From positions 4,676 through 68,675 of the forward strand of contig JAZRDV010000019.1 in assembly GCA_045660465.1 (NCBI GenBank): 64,000 nt of DNA. Reading direction: 5' to 3'. A model generated the notes under the pieces. That model was not told where the DNA came from and did no database searches. It saw only the letters and a program-made list of their open reading frames with translations. Position 1 is the stretch's first letter, and the number at the start of each line of letters is the position of its first letter. The translations under genes and the position numbers were made by a program. Positions 1 through 10,111 of this stretch are shown piece by piece. Origin of the DNA: Alistipes sp. (GTDB taxonomy: Bacteria > Bacteroidota > Bacteroidia > Bacteroidales > Rikenellaceae).

Positions 1-86
1 ATTACACCATAGCCCAATAGTTGTTTTGACGGTGCAAAAGTAGAACATTTATTTTGATTTGCAAAGAAAATTGTAATTTTTTTTCA

Positions 87-94
87 TATCTTTG
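87..94 (+). promoter_or_regulatory. candidate Bacteroidota -7 promoter box (TATCTTTG) for the nucleoside permease gene
   Basis: Exact match to the TAnnTTTG consensus, 49 nt upstream of the ATG at 144, in AT-rich intergenic DNA. Confidence 0.45.
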
Positions 95-143
95 TTAAAT
101 ATTTCGAACGATATTTGCAAAGTCTTAATATAAAACATTGATT

Positions 144-1487
144 ATGAAGAGTATCAAATTGAGATTGGTTATTATGAACTTCCTGCAATTTGCCGTGTGG
201 GGAGCTTATCTAACATGTGTTGGTCAATTTTTAGGCCGAGTAGGTCTTGGTAGCTATATACCTTGGTTTTATGTTGCGCAGGGCGTAGTGTCGATATTCA
301 TGCCCGCGGTCATGGGTATTATTGCCGATAAGTATGTTCAGCCCCAGCGTCTCTTGGGTCTCTCGCACCTCTTGGCCGGTGGCTTCATGCTCGTCGCTGC
401 CTATTTCGGTATTCAGGCAACGGGGGTTGCAGCCTTAAACGTAGGTAATGACGCCTATGTAGGTAACATCTGGCCTATATTTATCCCCTATGTGCTCAGC
501 GTGGCCTTCTACATGCCGACCATCGCGCTCTCGAATACCGTAGCCTTTGGCACGCTCACGCGCTCGGGTCTCGACTTTGTGAAGGCCTTCCCGCCGATAC
601 GTACTCTTGGCACGGTGGGCTTCATTGCATCTATGTGGTTGGTTAACAGCGTGTCGTTTGGTCTGGCAGAGAATGCGCAGTTTACCTATATGCAGCTTAT
701 CGTCTGCGGCGTGTTGGGTGTTATCCTCGGTGCCTACTGCTTCACCCTGCCCGAGTGTCCGCTGAGCAAGTCGGAGCAGAAAAAGAGCCTTGTAGAGCGT
801 CTCGGTCTCGATGCTTTTGTGCTGTTTAAGACCAAAACCATGGCTATGTTCTTCGTCTTCTCAATGCTCCTTGGTGTGTCGTTGCAGATTACAAATGGCT
901 ATGCCACATCCTATATCAACAGTTTTGGTGCTGTGTCTGACGACTGGTTTGCCTCAAATCCTACGATGCTCGTATCGTTGTCGCAGATCTCTGAGGCGTT
1001 GTGCATACTTCTAACCTCCTTCTTCCTCCGCAGATTTGGTATTAAGAAGGTGATGCTCATCGCGATGTTCGCCTGGGTGCTGCGCTTCGGCCTCTTTGGT
1101 GTGGGCACGACAACCACAACCCTCGGCATATTGGCTCTTATCGGCTCATGCATTGTCTACGGCGTGGCGTTCGACTTCTTCAACGTGTCGGGTGCGATGT
1201 TCGTGCAGCAGGAGGCCCCCAAGTCTATGCAGGGTAGTGCACAGGGCCTGTTTATGCTCATGACAAACGGTATCGGTGCTTCGGTCGGCACCTATATCGC
1301 AGGTAAGGTTGTCGACCACTTCTGCGTGTGGGAGGGCGATTTCTTGGTATCGCGCCCCGAGATTGCAGATGGCTGGCAGCAGACATGGTTTATCTTCGCA
1401 GGCTATGCCCTTGTTGTGGCCGTAACCTTTATGATACTCTTCCGCTATAAGCACGAGCCGCATAAGATGGCTAACATCCAGCACTAA
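144..1487 (+). CDS. MFS nucleoside:H+ symporter (NupG/XapB-like nucleoside permease)
   Basis: ORF 138-1487; the track start is TTG and the first ATG is at 144. Multi-pass hydrophobic protein. N-terminus KLRLVIMNFLQFAVWGAYLTCVGQFL resembles NupG-family permeases of Bacteroidota. Confidence 0.8.
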   Translation: MKSIKLRLVIMNFLQFAVWGAYLTCVGQFLGRVGLGSYIPWFYVAQGVVSIFMPAVMGIIADKYVQPQRLLGLSHLLAGGFMLVAAYFGIQATGVAALNVGNDAYVGNIWPIFIPYVLSVAFYMPTIALSNTVAFGTLTRSGLDFVKAFPPIRTLGTVGFIASMWLVNSVSFGLAENAQFTYMQLIVCGVLGVILGAYCFTLPECPLSKSEQKKSLVERLGLDAFVLFKTKTMAMFFVFSMLLGVSLQITNGYATSYINSFGAVSDDWFASNPTMLVSLSQISEALCILLTSFFLRRFGIKKVMLIAMFAWVLRFGLFGVGTTTTTLGILALIGSCIVYGVAFDFFNVSGAMFVQQEAPKSMQGSAQGLFMLMTNGIGASVGTYIAGKVVDHFCVWEGDFLVSRPEIADGWQQTWFIFAGYALVVAVTFMILFRYKHEPHKMANIQH

Positions 1488-1490
1488 GAT

Positions 1491-2771
1491 ATGGCACATC
1501 AACCTCTGGCCGAGCGTCTGCGCCCACAGAGCCTCGATGACTATATTGGGCAGAAGCACCTCGTGGGCGAGAACGGCGTCTTTCGTAAGTTCATCGCCTC
1601 GGGTAGTGTCCCCTCATTTATCCTGTGGGGCCCCCCGGGTGTGGGTAAGACTACGCTTGCGAAGATTGTGGCAAACGCACTCGACAGGCCCTTCTACACC
1701 CTCTCGGCTGTTACGTCGGGCGTTAAGGATGTGCGCGAGGTCATCGACAAGGCGAAGAACCAACACCTCTTCAATGCCCGCCCCGCCTTCCTCTTTATCG
1801 ACGAGATTCATCGCTTCAACAAGTCGCAGCAAGACTCGTTGCTCGGTGCCGTGGAGCAGGGTATCGTAACGCTCATAGGTGCAACGACGGAGAACCCCTC
1901 GTTCGAGGTTATATCGCCACTGCTTAGCCGCTGTCAGGTCTATGTGCTCAAACCCATGAACGACGACGAGCTGAACACGCTGCTGCAACGTGCCATGGTC
2001 GAGGACGAGGAGTTGCGCAAACGTACTATCGAGGTGCGCGAGACGGAGGCTCTGTTTCGCTTCTCGGGAGGCGATGCTCGTAAGTTGCTCAATATAATAG
2101 ATATAATAGTGGGTGCTTCGGATGGCGATGTTATCATCGACGACGAGCGCGTTACGGAGTGTTTGCAGCAGAATATCGCTCTGTACGACAAGTCGGGCGA
2201 GCAGCACTACGACGTAATCTCGGCATTCATCAAGTCGGTGCGTGGCAGCGACCCTAATGCCGCGATATACTACCTCGCGCGCATGCTGGCCGGTGGCGAG
2301 GAGCCCCGCTTCATTGCGCGACGTCTCGTTATCTTGGCGTCGGAGGATGTGGGCCTGGCCAACCCCAACGCGCTACTCTTGGCCAATGCCTGCTTCGACA
2401 CGGTGCACAAGATAGGCATGCCCGAGGCGCGTATCACGCTTGCCGAGACGACCATCTATCTGGCCACCAGCCCCAAGAGCAACTCGGCATACGCGGCGAT
2501 AAACAAGGCTTTGCAACTCGTCGAGCACGACACGACAAACCGTCCCGTACCTCTGCATCTGCGTAATGCTCCAACGAAGTTGATGGGCGATTTGGGCTAT
2601 GGCGCAGATTATAAGTATGCCCACGACTTTGCGGGTAACTTCGTCGCTCAGGAGTTTTTGCCCGAGAGCCTCGCAGGACACCGCTTCTATACCCCAAATA
2701 CGGGCAATGCTCAGGAGCAGAAGATTGCCGAGCGCATACACGCCTTGTGGGGTGATAAATACGACAAATAG
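1491..2771 (+). CDS. rarA: replication-associated recombination protein A (AAA+ ATPase RarA/MgsA)
   Basis: Walker A GPPGVGKTTLA, FIDEIHRFNK, and C-terminal MgsA-type helical domain (RGSDPNAAIYYLARML, LRNAPTKLM). Starts 3 nt after the permease stop. Confidence 0.95.
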   Translation: MAHQPLAERLRPQSLDDYIGQKHLVGENGVFRKFIASGSVPSFILWGPPGVGKTTLAKIVANALDRPFYTLSAVTSGVKDVREVIDKAKNQHLFNARPAFLFIDEIHRFNKSQQDSLLGAVEQGIVTLIGATTENPSFEVISPLLSRCQVYVLKPMNDDELNTLLQRAMVEDEELRKRTIEVRETEALFRFSGGDARKLLNIIDIIVGASDGDVIIDDERVTECLQQNIALYDKSGEQHYDVISAFIKSVRGSDPNAAIYYLARMLAGGEEPRFIARRLVILASEDVGLANPNALLLANACFDTVHKIGMPEARITLAETTIYLATSPKSNSAYAAINKALQLVEHDTTNRPVPLHLRNAPTKLMGDLGYGADYKYAHDFAGNFVAQEFLPESLAGHRFYTPNTGNAQEQKIAERIHALWGDKYDK

Positions 2772-2907
2772 CGACACTCAGCCTCCTGGCGACTGACAAA
2801 ATGGCAGTGCGCAGGGCAAATAGTGTGTCATTTATCGTTTGGCACAGAGATTGACCGAGGCAGAGTCAAAACAGAAAATAATTTATAAATTAAAAAATAG
2901 GAGTATT

Positions 2908-3180
2908 ATGGCAGTAAAACCGCTTTCAGACCGCGTATTGGTGAAGCCCAATCCGGCAGAGGAGAAGACCGCAGGAGGTCTCTTTATTCCCGACACAGCA
3001 AAGGAGAAGCCCCTCATGGGTAAGGTAGTGGCCGCAGGCCCCGGCACCTCGGAGATTAAGATGGAGGTGAAGGTTGGCGACGTGGTGATGTACGGCAAGT
3101 ATGCCGGCACGGAGCTCAACTACGAGGGTGAGGACTACCTCGTGATGAAGCAGTCGGATATTATCGCAGTAATCGAGTAA
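2908..3180 (+). CDS. groES: co-chaperonin GroES
   Basis: [35 protein letters not shown] is a canonical Cpn10 N-terminus. ATG at 2908 gives 90 aa; the track ORF start at 2839 is an upstream extension. Confidence 0.95.
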   Translation: MAVKPLSDRVLVKPNPAEEKTAGGLFIPDTAKEKPLMGKVVAAGPGTSEIKMEVKVGDVVMYGKYAGTELNYEGEDYLVMKQSDIIAVIE

Positions 3181-3185
3181 CATAA

Positions 3186-4838
<1,653 letters not shown>

Positions 4839-4864
4839 TTTAGCTATATTAGCAATATAATCGT

Positions 4865-4918
4865 TTAGGAAGTTTAGGGATTGGTGCAGGCGCGCCTCCC
4901 TGAGCTTCCTAATTTTTT
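4865..4918 (+). terminator. intrinsic terminator of groESL (16-bp stem + T6)
   Basis: TTAGGAAGTTTAGGGA (4865-4880) pairs with TCCCTGAGCTTCCTAA (4897-4912): 14 Watson-Crick pairs and 2 G:U pairs on the sense strand, followed by TTTTTT (4913-4918). Confidence 0.8.
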
Positions 4919-5009
4919 GCGCCATGCCGAAGCCTCCTCTCGTCGCTACATGGCCCTGACTCTGCACACAGCTGTATTACAAAAACTTGCGAAATCAATT
5001 TTTTTGTTG

Positions 5010-5017
5010 TATCTTTG
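5010..5017 (+). promoter_or_regulatory. candidate -7 promoter box (TATCTTTG) for the large secreted protein
   Basis: TAnnTTTG match 73-85 nt upstream of the candidate ATGs at 5091, 5094 and 5103. Confidence 0.45.
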
Positions 5018-5102
5018 TTCGTATCAGGTGCATTAGTAGGGTGTTTAGCGAGGTTCTACTCTCTCTGGTGCCAATCTTACGCAGAACCTCATGATGTGTG
5101 CG

Positions 5103-8100
5103 ATGAAATCTTATGCGAAATTCCTTGTGGCGTGTGTTGCGCTATTCGTAGCGACCGCACTGTCGCCCGCGACCGTCGAGGCGCAGTTCCTAAAAAAACT
5201 TACGCAGGGCATTGAGAAGGTCAACAAGGCCTTAGACAAGGCCGAGCAGAAGGCCGAACAGATAAAGGAGGGCATCGAGGATGTCTCGAACGGCAACCTC
5301 TCCAACCTGTTTAAAGGCAAGAGGGACAAGAGCGAGGCAGACGAGACGACGGATGCGGGCTATGCTTATGATGACGACCGCGCCGCTGTTGCGGATGACG
5401 ATATGGTTGCTGAGGCTACAACACCTCGCTGGGACGATAGCGACATGGAGGAGGTTGAGCCCGTCTATCATCATCCCTACATCACTCGCCATACGAAGTA
5501 TATGATGCTCGACTACGTCTACGACACCACAATATCGGGTGTTCACGAGGGTGTTTTTGCTATCGACGAGGGTGGCAAATGGTCGTTTTGGCGTACGACG
5601 GGCGAGAAGCTCTTCGATAGCGATTGGGCATATTGCAGCGAATCGCGAGGCTATGGCAACCAGTATCCCAAGTTCTCAGGAGGTGTTGCCGTGGCGCGCA
5701 AGGCCGATAGCTGGGGTCGTGGCATCATCTATCTTCTCTACCTCGACGGCAGTGTCAAGGAGTTAGACCCCGCATGGACTAAGGTCTCGGAGTTTGAGGA
5801 TGGCCTCGCCATGGTAACGGTAAGCGGTGGACAGCAGTACCACTATATTAATATTAAGGGCGAGAAGCAGTATCCGCAACTTAAATTATATGGCGGCGAT
5901 GAATGGTCGATGCGCCCCGTGCGTGATGGCCTGAGAGCATACGCTACATCGTCGTATAAGTGGGGATACCTCGATGCTAAGGGTAATGTCGTCATAGAGC
6001 CTATATTTGGTGGCGTTTCGGATTTTAGCGAGGGCTACGCATGGGTTATCGCTAAGGAAGACCCAACATCGCTCTTCTCGAATGGTGAGTTGGCACTCAT
6101 CAACACTCGCGGCGAGGTTGTCTATCGCACAGGCATATCGTGGTCGGGAGGTAACTTCAAGGGTAGTTATTTGTCGAAGGTGTCGGATGTGGTCGATGGC
6201 CGTTTCTATGTGCGTAGTGATGACTACTACCACTACTACGATGTCAATACATTTAAGAAGATAGGCATGGCCGACTATGGCACGCCCTTCTACAAGGGCT
6301 ACGCCTTCATTGAGCCATTAGAAGATTGGGGCTCGGACTTGTGCCTCGTGGATACCGATTTTAAGTTGGTGAAGCGACTATCCGAAGATTTGATGTTTAC
6401 TACCGACCTGCGCGCCATGCCTCGCTTCACGTCGCTTGGTGTGGCCACCATCCACGATAAGTCGGTAAATTCGCACGTCATCGACCACATGGGTAACATC
6501 GTTCTATCGAGCTACTTTGGCGATGACTTGGAGTATGACGGCTATGCACAATTTACCGAGGCGGGTATGATGCGCGTGAACGATATACGCATCAACGGCA
6601 CTATGTATCGCGGTATTGTCGATACGCGTGGTGAGGTGCTGTGGCTCTTTGGTGAGAAGCCCGCTGAGGAGGATCTCAATCAGAAGTGGCCCGACCCGCA
6701 GCCTACGCCGGGACGACTTAATACCCCCGACCGCCTACGCGCTACGAGGGTTACATCAAGCAGCATATCCGTTAGATGGAGCGGTGTTGCGGGTGCTGTG
6801 GGCTACTCCGTTAAGTTTGTGGGTGGTGCACAGACAGATGCGAGTGGCACGACGCACACCTTTACGGGTCTTAAACCCAATACAACATATACCGTCATGG
6901 TCGTTGCCCAGAGCGACGGCAGTAAGCTCGACTCCAAGCCCGCCGTGGCCACTATTAAGACAAAGGCCGAGGGCGAGGCCTCTGACCCCATTGTGCTCGA
7001 TACTCCTGCCAATCTGCGTGGCGAGAATATCAAGCTAAGCAGCTTTGATGCTGTGTGGGACGTAGTTGACAACGCTGCGGGTTACGATGTTACGTTGGAC
7101 GATGCCGCTGCGACCTTCACGGGCAACGCTGCGCTGAGCTTCGAAGAACTTAAACATGGCACCAAGTATACCGTTACGGTTGTGGCGCGAGGCGATGGTG
7201 TGAACTACCTCAACTCGGCACCTGCGGTATGCACCATTACAACTAAGTCGGCTTCGGGTGGTGGTGATGAGCCTGAACCCGAACCTGAGCCCGAGCCCGA
7301 ACCTATACCCGGTCCCGAGCCTCTGCCTGAGCCTGAGCCGCGACCTGAGCCCATACCGGGCCCCGGGCCTCAGCCTCAGCCGACGCCCGAGCCCGGCGAT
7401 AAGTCGGATGATAAGTCTGGTTTCTACTATTCGGTTACGCTGACGCCCGACACCGATATCGACATTGTTGTGCTCGATAAGAATACCACCTCTGAGGGCC
7501 CGACCACAACCGAGAAGATGCAGTATCTGGTAACCGTCAAGTGCGACCCTGCGGAGGGTGGTACGGCCTCTATATCTCCGAAGGTGGTCTACGAGTATGG
7601 CGACGAGGCTACACTCAAAGTGAGTGCCGCCGAGGATTGGGCTGTGGGCTATATCTCTGTCGAGCAGAGCCGTCCCGGTCTCTCGCCAAAGGTTGGCGAG
7701 TCGTTCACCGTGACGCAAGATATGGTCATCACCGTGCACTTCGTCGAGAAGGATGACGAGGAGCCTGTACCCATGACAAATAGCTACCAGGGCACGAAGA
7801 GATATACGGTAGACGAAGGCGAGGTTATCGACCTGCCCATCTATGCCGAGTTCAGTGCCGAGGGTGCTCTCGCTTCGCCCTATGGCGATAATACGCGAGG
7901 CTTTATCGTCCCCATGTTCGATCCCACGACGCGCTACATAAGTAAGGAGGTATCAGCCTACCTCTTCTCCTCTCCGCTCAAAGTGCACTCATACCAGTAC
8001 GACGAGAATACGGAGCGTCATTGGCTTGTTGCCGATGGAGGTAGCTTTATACTTGGCGACCTCAAAGTATCGCCCATCAACGATAATGGCTTTGCCGCCT

Positions 8101-8495
8101 TCATCCTGCAACTTATGTTGGCCTTCGATGGTCATAGCTCGCCGTCGCTCACACCGCGCCACTATCGCCTCGAGATGCTCGACTTCAACGCAGAGACGGG
8201 CGAGTTTAGGTGCGGTAAGTTGGAGACCTTCTCGCCGCAGTATGGCTGGCTGTCGTCGGGCGATGAGCGACTTACGATTGTTACGGAGGGTGTCTTCTCT
8301 ACAAAGAAGGATAGGGGTCTTCCCGCCGACCTCTTCGAGGGTGCGCAGATGAAGATTGCCCCGAAGCGTGATGATGTTTGGTGGTATCCGCCACTGCTAT
8401 GGTACGAGGATCAGTCTATCCTTAGCCTCATTATCGAGGAGATGGGTAGTGCTTATCGTAGTTTTAAGTCGGAGTATGATGTGCTCTTCGAGTAA
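5103..8495 (+). CDS. secreted multidomain protein: WG/KWG repeats, 2 fibronectin type III domains, (Pro-Glu)n linker, InlB-B-repeat-like domain, uncharacterised C-terminal region
   Basis: Signal peptide [27 protein letters not shown]|Q. ATGs also occur at 5091 and 5094. WG repeat [31 protein letters not shown] plus degenerate copies. FN3 signatures [16 protein letters not shown]...[14 protein letters not shown] and [16 protein letters not shown]...[48 protein letters not shown] resembles divergent InlB B-repeat domains. Confidence 0.75.
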   Translation: MKSYAKFLVACVALFVATALSPATVEAQFLKKLTQGIEKVNKALDKAEQKAEQIKEGIEDVSNGNLSNLFKGKRDKSEADETTDAGYAYDDDRAAVADDDMVAEATTPRWDDSDMEEVEPVYHHPYITRHTKYMMLDYVYDTTISGVHEGVFAIDEGGKWSFWRTTGEKLFDSDWAYCSESRGYGNQYPKFSGGVAVARKADSWGRGIIYLLYLDGSVKELDPAWTKVSEFEDGLAMVTVSGGQQYHYINIKGEKQYPQLKLYGGDEWSMRPVRDGLRAYATSSYKWGYLDAKGNVVIEPIFGGVSDFSEGYAWVIAKEDPTSLFSNGELALINTRGEVVYRTGISWSGGNFKGSYLSKVSDVVDGRFYVRSDDYYHYYDVNTFKKIGMADYGTPFYKGYAFIEPLEDWGSDLCLVDTDFKLVKRLSEDLMFTTDLRAMPRFTSLGVATIHDKSVNSHVIDHMGNIVLSSYFGDDLEYDGYAQFTEAGMMRVNDIRINGTMYRGIVDTRGEVLWLFGEKPAEEDLNQKWPDPQPTPGRLNTPDRLRATRVTSSSISVRWSGVAGAVGYSVKFVGGAQTDASGTTHTFTGLKPNTTYTVMVVAQSDGSKLDSKPAVATIKTKAEGEASDPIVLDTPANLRGENIKLSSFDAVWDVVDNAAGYDVTLDDAAATFTGNAALSFEELKHGTKYTVTVVARGDGVNYLNSAPAVCTITTKSASGGGDEPEPEPEPEPEPIPGPEPLPEPEPRPEPIPGPGPQPQPTPEPGDKSDDKSGFYYSVTLTPDTDIDIVVLDKNTTSEGPTTTEKMQYLVTVKCDPAEGGTASISPKVVYEYGDEATLKVSAAEDWAVGYISVEQSRPGLSPKVGESFTVTQDMVITVHFVEKDDEEPVPMTNSYQGTKRYTVDEGEVIDLPIYAEFSAEGALASPYGDNTRGFIVPMFDPTTRYISKEVSAYLFSSPLKVHSYQYDENTERHWLVADGGSFILGDLKVSPINDNGFAAFILQLMLAFDGHSSPSLTPRHYRLEMLDFNAETGEFRCGKLETFSPQYGWLSSGDERLTIVTEGVFSTKKDRGLPADLFEGAQMKIAPKRDDVWWYPPLLWYEDQSILSLIIEEMGSAYRSFKSEYDVLFE
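7266..7397 (+). repeat. in-frame low-complexity (GAGCCN/CCNGAR) repeat encoding a [42 protein letters not shown] linker
   Basis: Directly visible hexanucleotide-like periodicity (gagcctgaacccgaacctgagcccgagcccgaacct...) inside CDS 5103-8495. Confidence 0.9.
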
Positions 8496-8506
8496 TTTCA
8501 TGTCAT

Positions 8507-8532
8507 AAGGGGCCGATTGCGGCCCCTTTTTT
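8507..8532 (+). terminator. intrinsic terminator of the large secreted protein gene
   Basis: AAGGGGCC-GATTGC-GGCCCCTT hairpin followed by a T-run, 12 nt after the stop codon. Confidence 0.85.
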
Positions 8533-8546
8533 GACTATGAGACAAT

Positions 8547-8593
8547 GAGACTTTGGGACTATGGGAATTTTTTTCTCATAGTCCCAAAGTCTC
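8547..8593. repeat. perfect 17-bp inverted repeat (hairpin) built of TTTGGGA/CTATGGGA octamers
   Basis: GAGACTTTGGGACTATG (8547-8563) is the exact reverse complement of CATAGTCCCAAAGTCTC (8577-8593), with a 13-nt T-rich loop. GACTATGAG at 8533-8541 offers an alternative pairing with 8575-8583. Confidence 0.85.
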
Positions 8594-8626
8594 GTCGTCC
8601 CGTCGTCTCGCTCCCGCCCACCCCGC

Positions 8627-8667
8627 AAAAAAATAGCCTGCTCAATTGCTTGAACAGGCATTTTTTT
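8627..8667. terminator. bidirectional intrinsic terminator (serves rpsU on the minus strand)
   Basis: AAAAAAA-TA-GCCTG-CTCAATTGCTTGAA-CAGGC-ATTTTTTT. A-run and T-run flank a GC stem, 17 nt beyond the rpsU stop. Confidence 0.7.
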
Positions 8668-8683
8668 GTTGTGTAGCGTAGTA

Positions 8684-8875
8684 CTACTCCTCCTGACGGT
8701 AGGTGTGCTCAACGTAGATAGCGTGCTGCATAGCCTCACGCTTTGCGATTGAGGGCTTTGTGAAGTACTGACGACGACGAAGCTCCTTCAATACGCCGGT
8801 ACGCTCATACTTACGCTTAAACTTCTTGAGGGCGCGCTCGATGTTCTCTCCCTCCTTAACAGGCATGATAATCAT
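8684..8875 (-). CDS. rpsU: 30S ribosomal protein S21
   Basis: MIIMPVKEGENIERALKKFKRKYERTGVLKELRRRQYFTKPS is a canonical S21 sequence, 63 aa. Confidence 0.95.
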   Translation of the reverse strand: MIIMPVKEGENIERALKKFKRKYERTGVLKELRRRQYFTKPSIAKREAMQHAIYVEHTYRQEE

Positions 8876-8993
8876 AATTCTATACTTTTTTAATATTTAA
8901 TACTCTTTTGTTGTTTGTCGGTCGGTTAGGGTCGCCGCCACTGCTTCTTTAATCTTCGATAGCCTTGCCACCTCCGATTCTCGTGCTCTTCGT

Positions 8994-10097
8994 CTACTCG
9001 GGGTTTGTACCAAACGAGAGGTATGGCGCAATATATCTTGCCTCCACCTCGGAAAATATTTTATCCTCTATAAGCTCCTCTATGGTACTCCAACCTCCTT
9101 TCGATTCTCTTTTATTAATTAACCTTTTCAGTGCGCGACTCGTCATATATGGGTGAGTCTCCAACACTTTTGGGCTCGCAAAGTTAATATATATTTTTTT
9201 AATTTTCGTACTATCGCAGTAAATTTGTTGCAAAATATGCTTAAAATTCTCCTCTGTGATGATGTCGAGTTCCGAAATTTGGTTTACGGAGTAGTATCCG
9301 CCGAGCAGTTCGCGGTAGCGTATGATGTGCGATGCGCTCTTCTCGCCGATGCCGTAGAGGGCCACGAGAGTCTTCGTGTCGGCACTGTTTATCTCCACAA
9401 GTTCGGGCTCGGGCTCGACAATATCGTCGAAGATGAGGTAGGGGCGTAGTGCCTCGGCGATGCTGTCGCCCACGGCATAGCACTCCGCAAACTTCTCGAT
9501 AGTGCGGTAGCCGCCAATGATATCGCGGTAGCGCAGTATGAGGTCGGCTTGACCCTTGCTAAACCCTATGAGTGTGAGGTACTCGGCGTGCACCGTGTCG
9601 AGGCGGAAGGGCTCAGGTGTGATGCGCTCACGAGGCTCACGCTGTGTGCGGTTAGCGGGGTATTTATGGGGTGTGTTGCGGTAGTCGTAACGCTCGATGC
9701 GATACTCCTCGCCAATGATTATATAGGGTTCGAGCAGAAAGTATAGCGAGTCGCTCATGCCGTAGCACAGGGCTACATCTTCGCGTATGCGGAATATTTT
9801 GCCCGTCTCGCGCCATTTGAGAAGGCTCACTGCGATGTTGCGCGGCACACCCGCCTCAATCATCGTGCGATAGTCGGCAGTGTTGGGGTCGAAACACTTG
9901 AAGCTATGCGTCGTAGTGTCGCTATCGAGACTCTTCTCCAACGTAAGAGTGTCGTAGGCCTCTATAAGGTCGCTCTGTGTGGCGATATTTTGCTCCTTGT
10001 TGCGACTGCGCCCAATAAGCAGCAGGGCCATGACGAGCAGCAATAGCGGCACCAGGAGTGCCACACCACGCATATTCTGTTTCGTGTTATCCTTCAT
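8994..10097 (-). CDS. membrane-anchored helix-hairpin-helix (ComEA-like) DNA-binding repeat protein
   Basis: N-terminal TM segment (VALLVPLLLLVMALLLIG), then about four HhH units (e.g. INSADTKTLVALYGIGEKSASHIIRYRELLGGYYSVNQI). The track ORF starts at GTG 10118; the first ATG at 10097 avoids overlap with the upstream gene. Confidence 0.75.
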   Translation of the reverse strand: MKDNTKQNMRGVALLVPLLLLVMALLLIGRSRNKEQNIATQSDLIEAYDTLTLEKSLDSDTTTHSFKCFDPNTADYRTMIEAGVPRNIAVSLLKWRETGKIFRIREDVALCYGMSDSLYFLLEPYIIIGEEYRIERYDYRNTPHKYPANRTQREPRERITPEPFRLDTVHAEYLTLIGFSKGQADLILRYRDIIGGYRTIEKFAECYAVGDSIAEALRPYLIFDDIVEPEPELVEINSADTKTLVALYGIGEKSASHIIRYRELLGGYYSVNQISELDIITEENFKHILQQIYCDSTKIKKIYINFASPKVLETHPYMTSRALKRLINKRESKGGWSTIEELIEDKIFSEVEARYIAPYLSFGTNPE

Positions 10098-10111
10098 CGA
10101 TTTTTTTGCTC

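Noticed and set aside
2839-2907. N-terminal extensions in the ORF track (groES 2839, permease 138, pssA 18333, glycosyltransferase 27411, receptor 31530, hpt 42978, ComEA-like 10118, tsaD 54456)
   Set aside because: These starts are TTG/GTG codons or lie upstream of the predicted promoter. Downstream ATGs give canonical N-termini or signal peptides.
8503-8739. 78-aa minus-strand ORF across the convergent intergenic region and into rpsU
   Set aside because: It spans three terminator or hairpin elements and overlaps rpsU out of frame. No promoter box.
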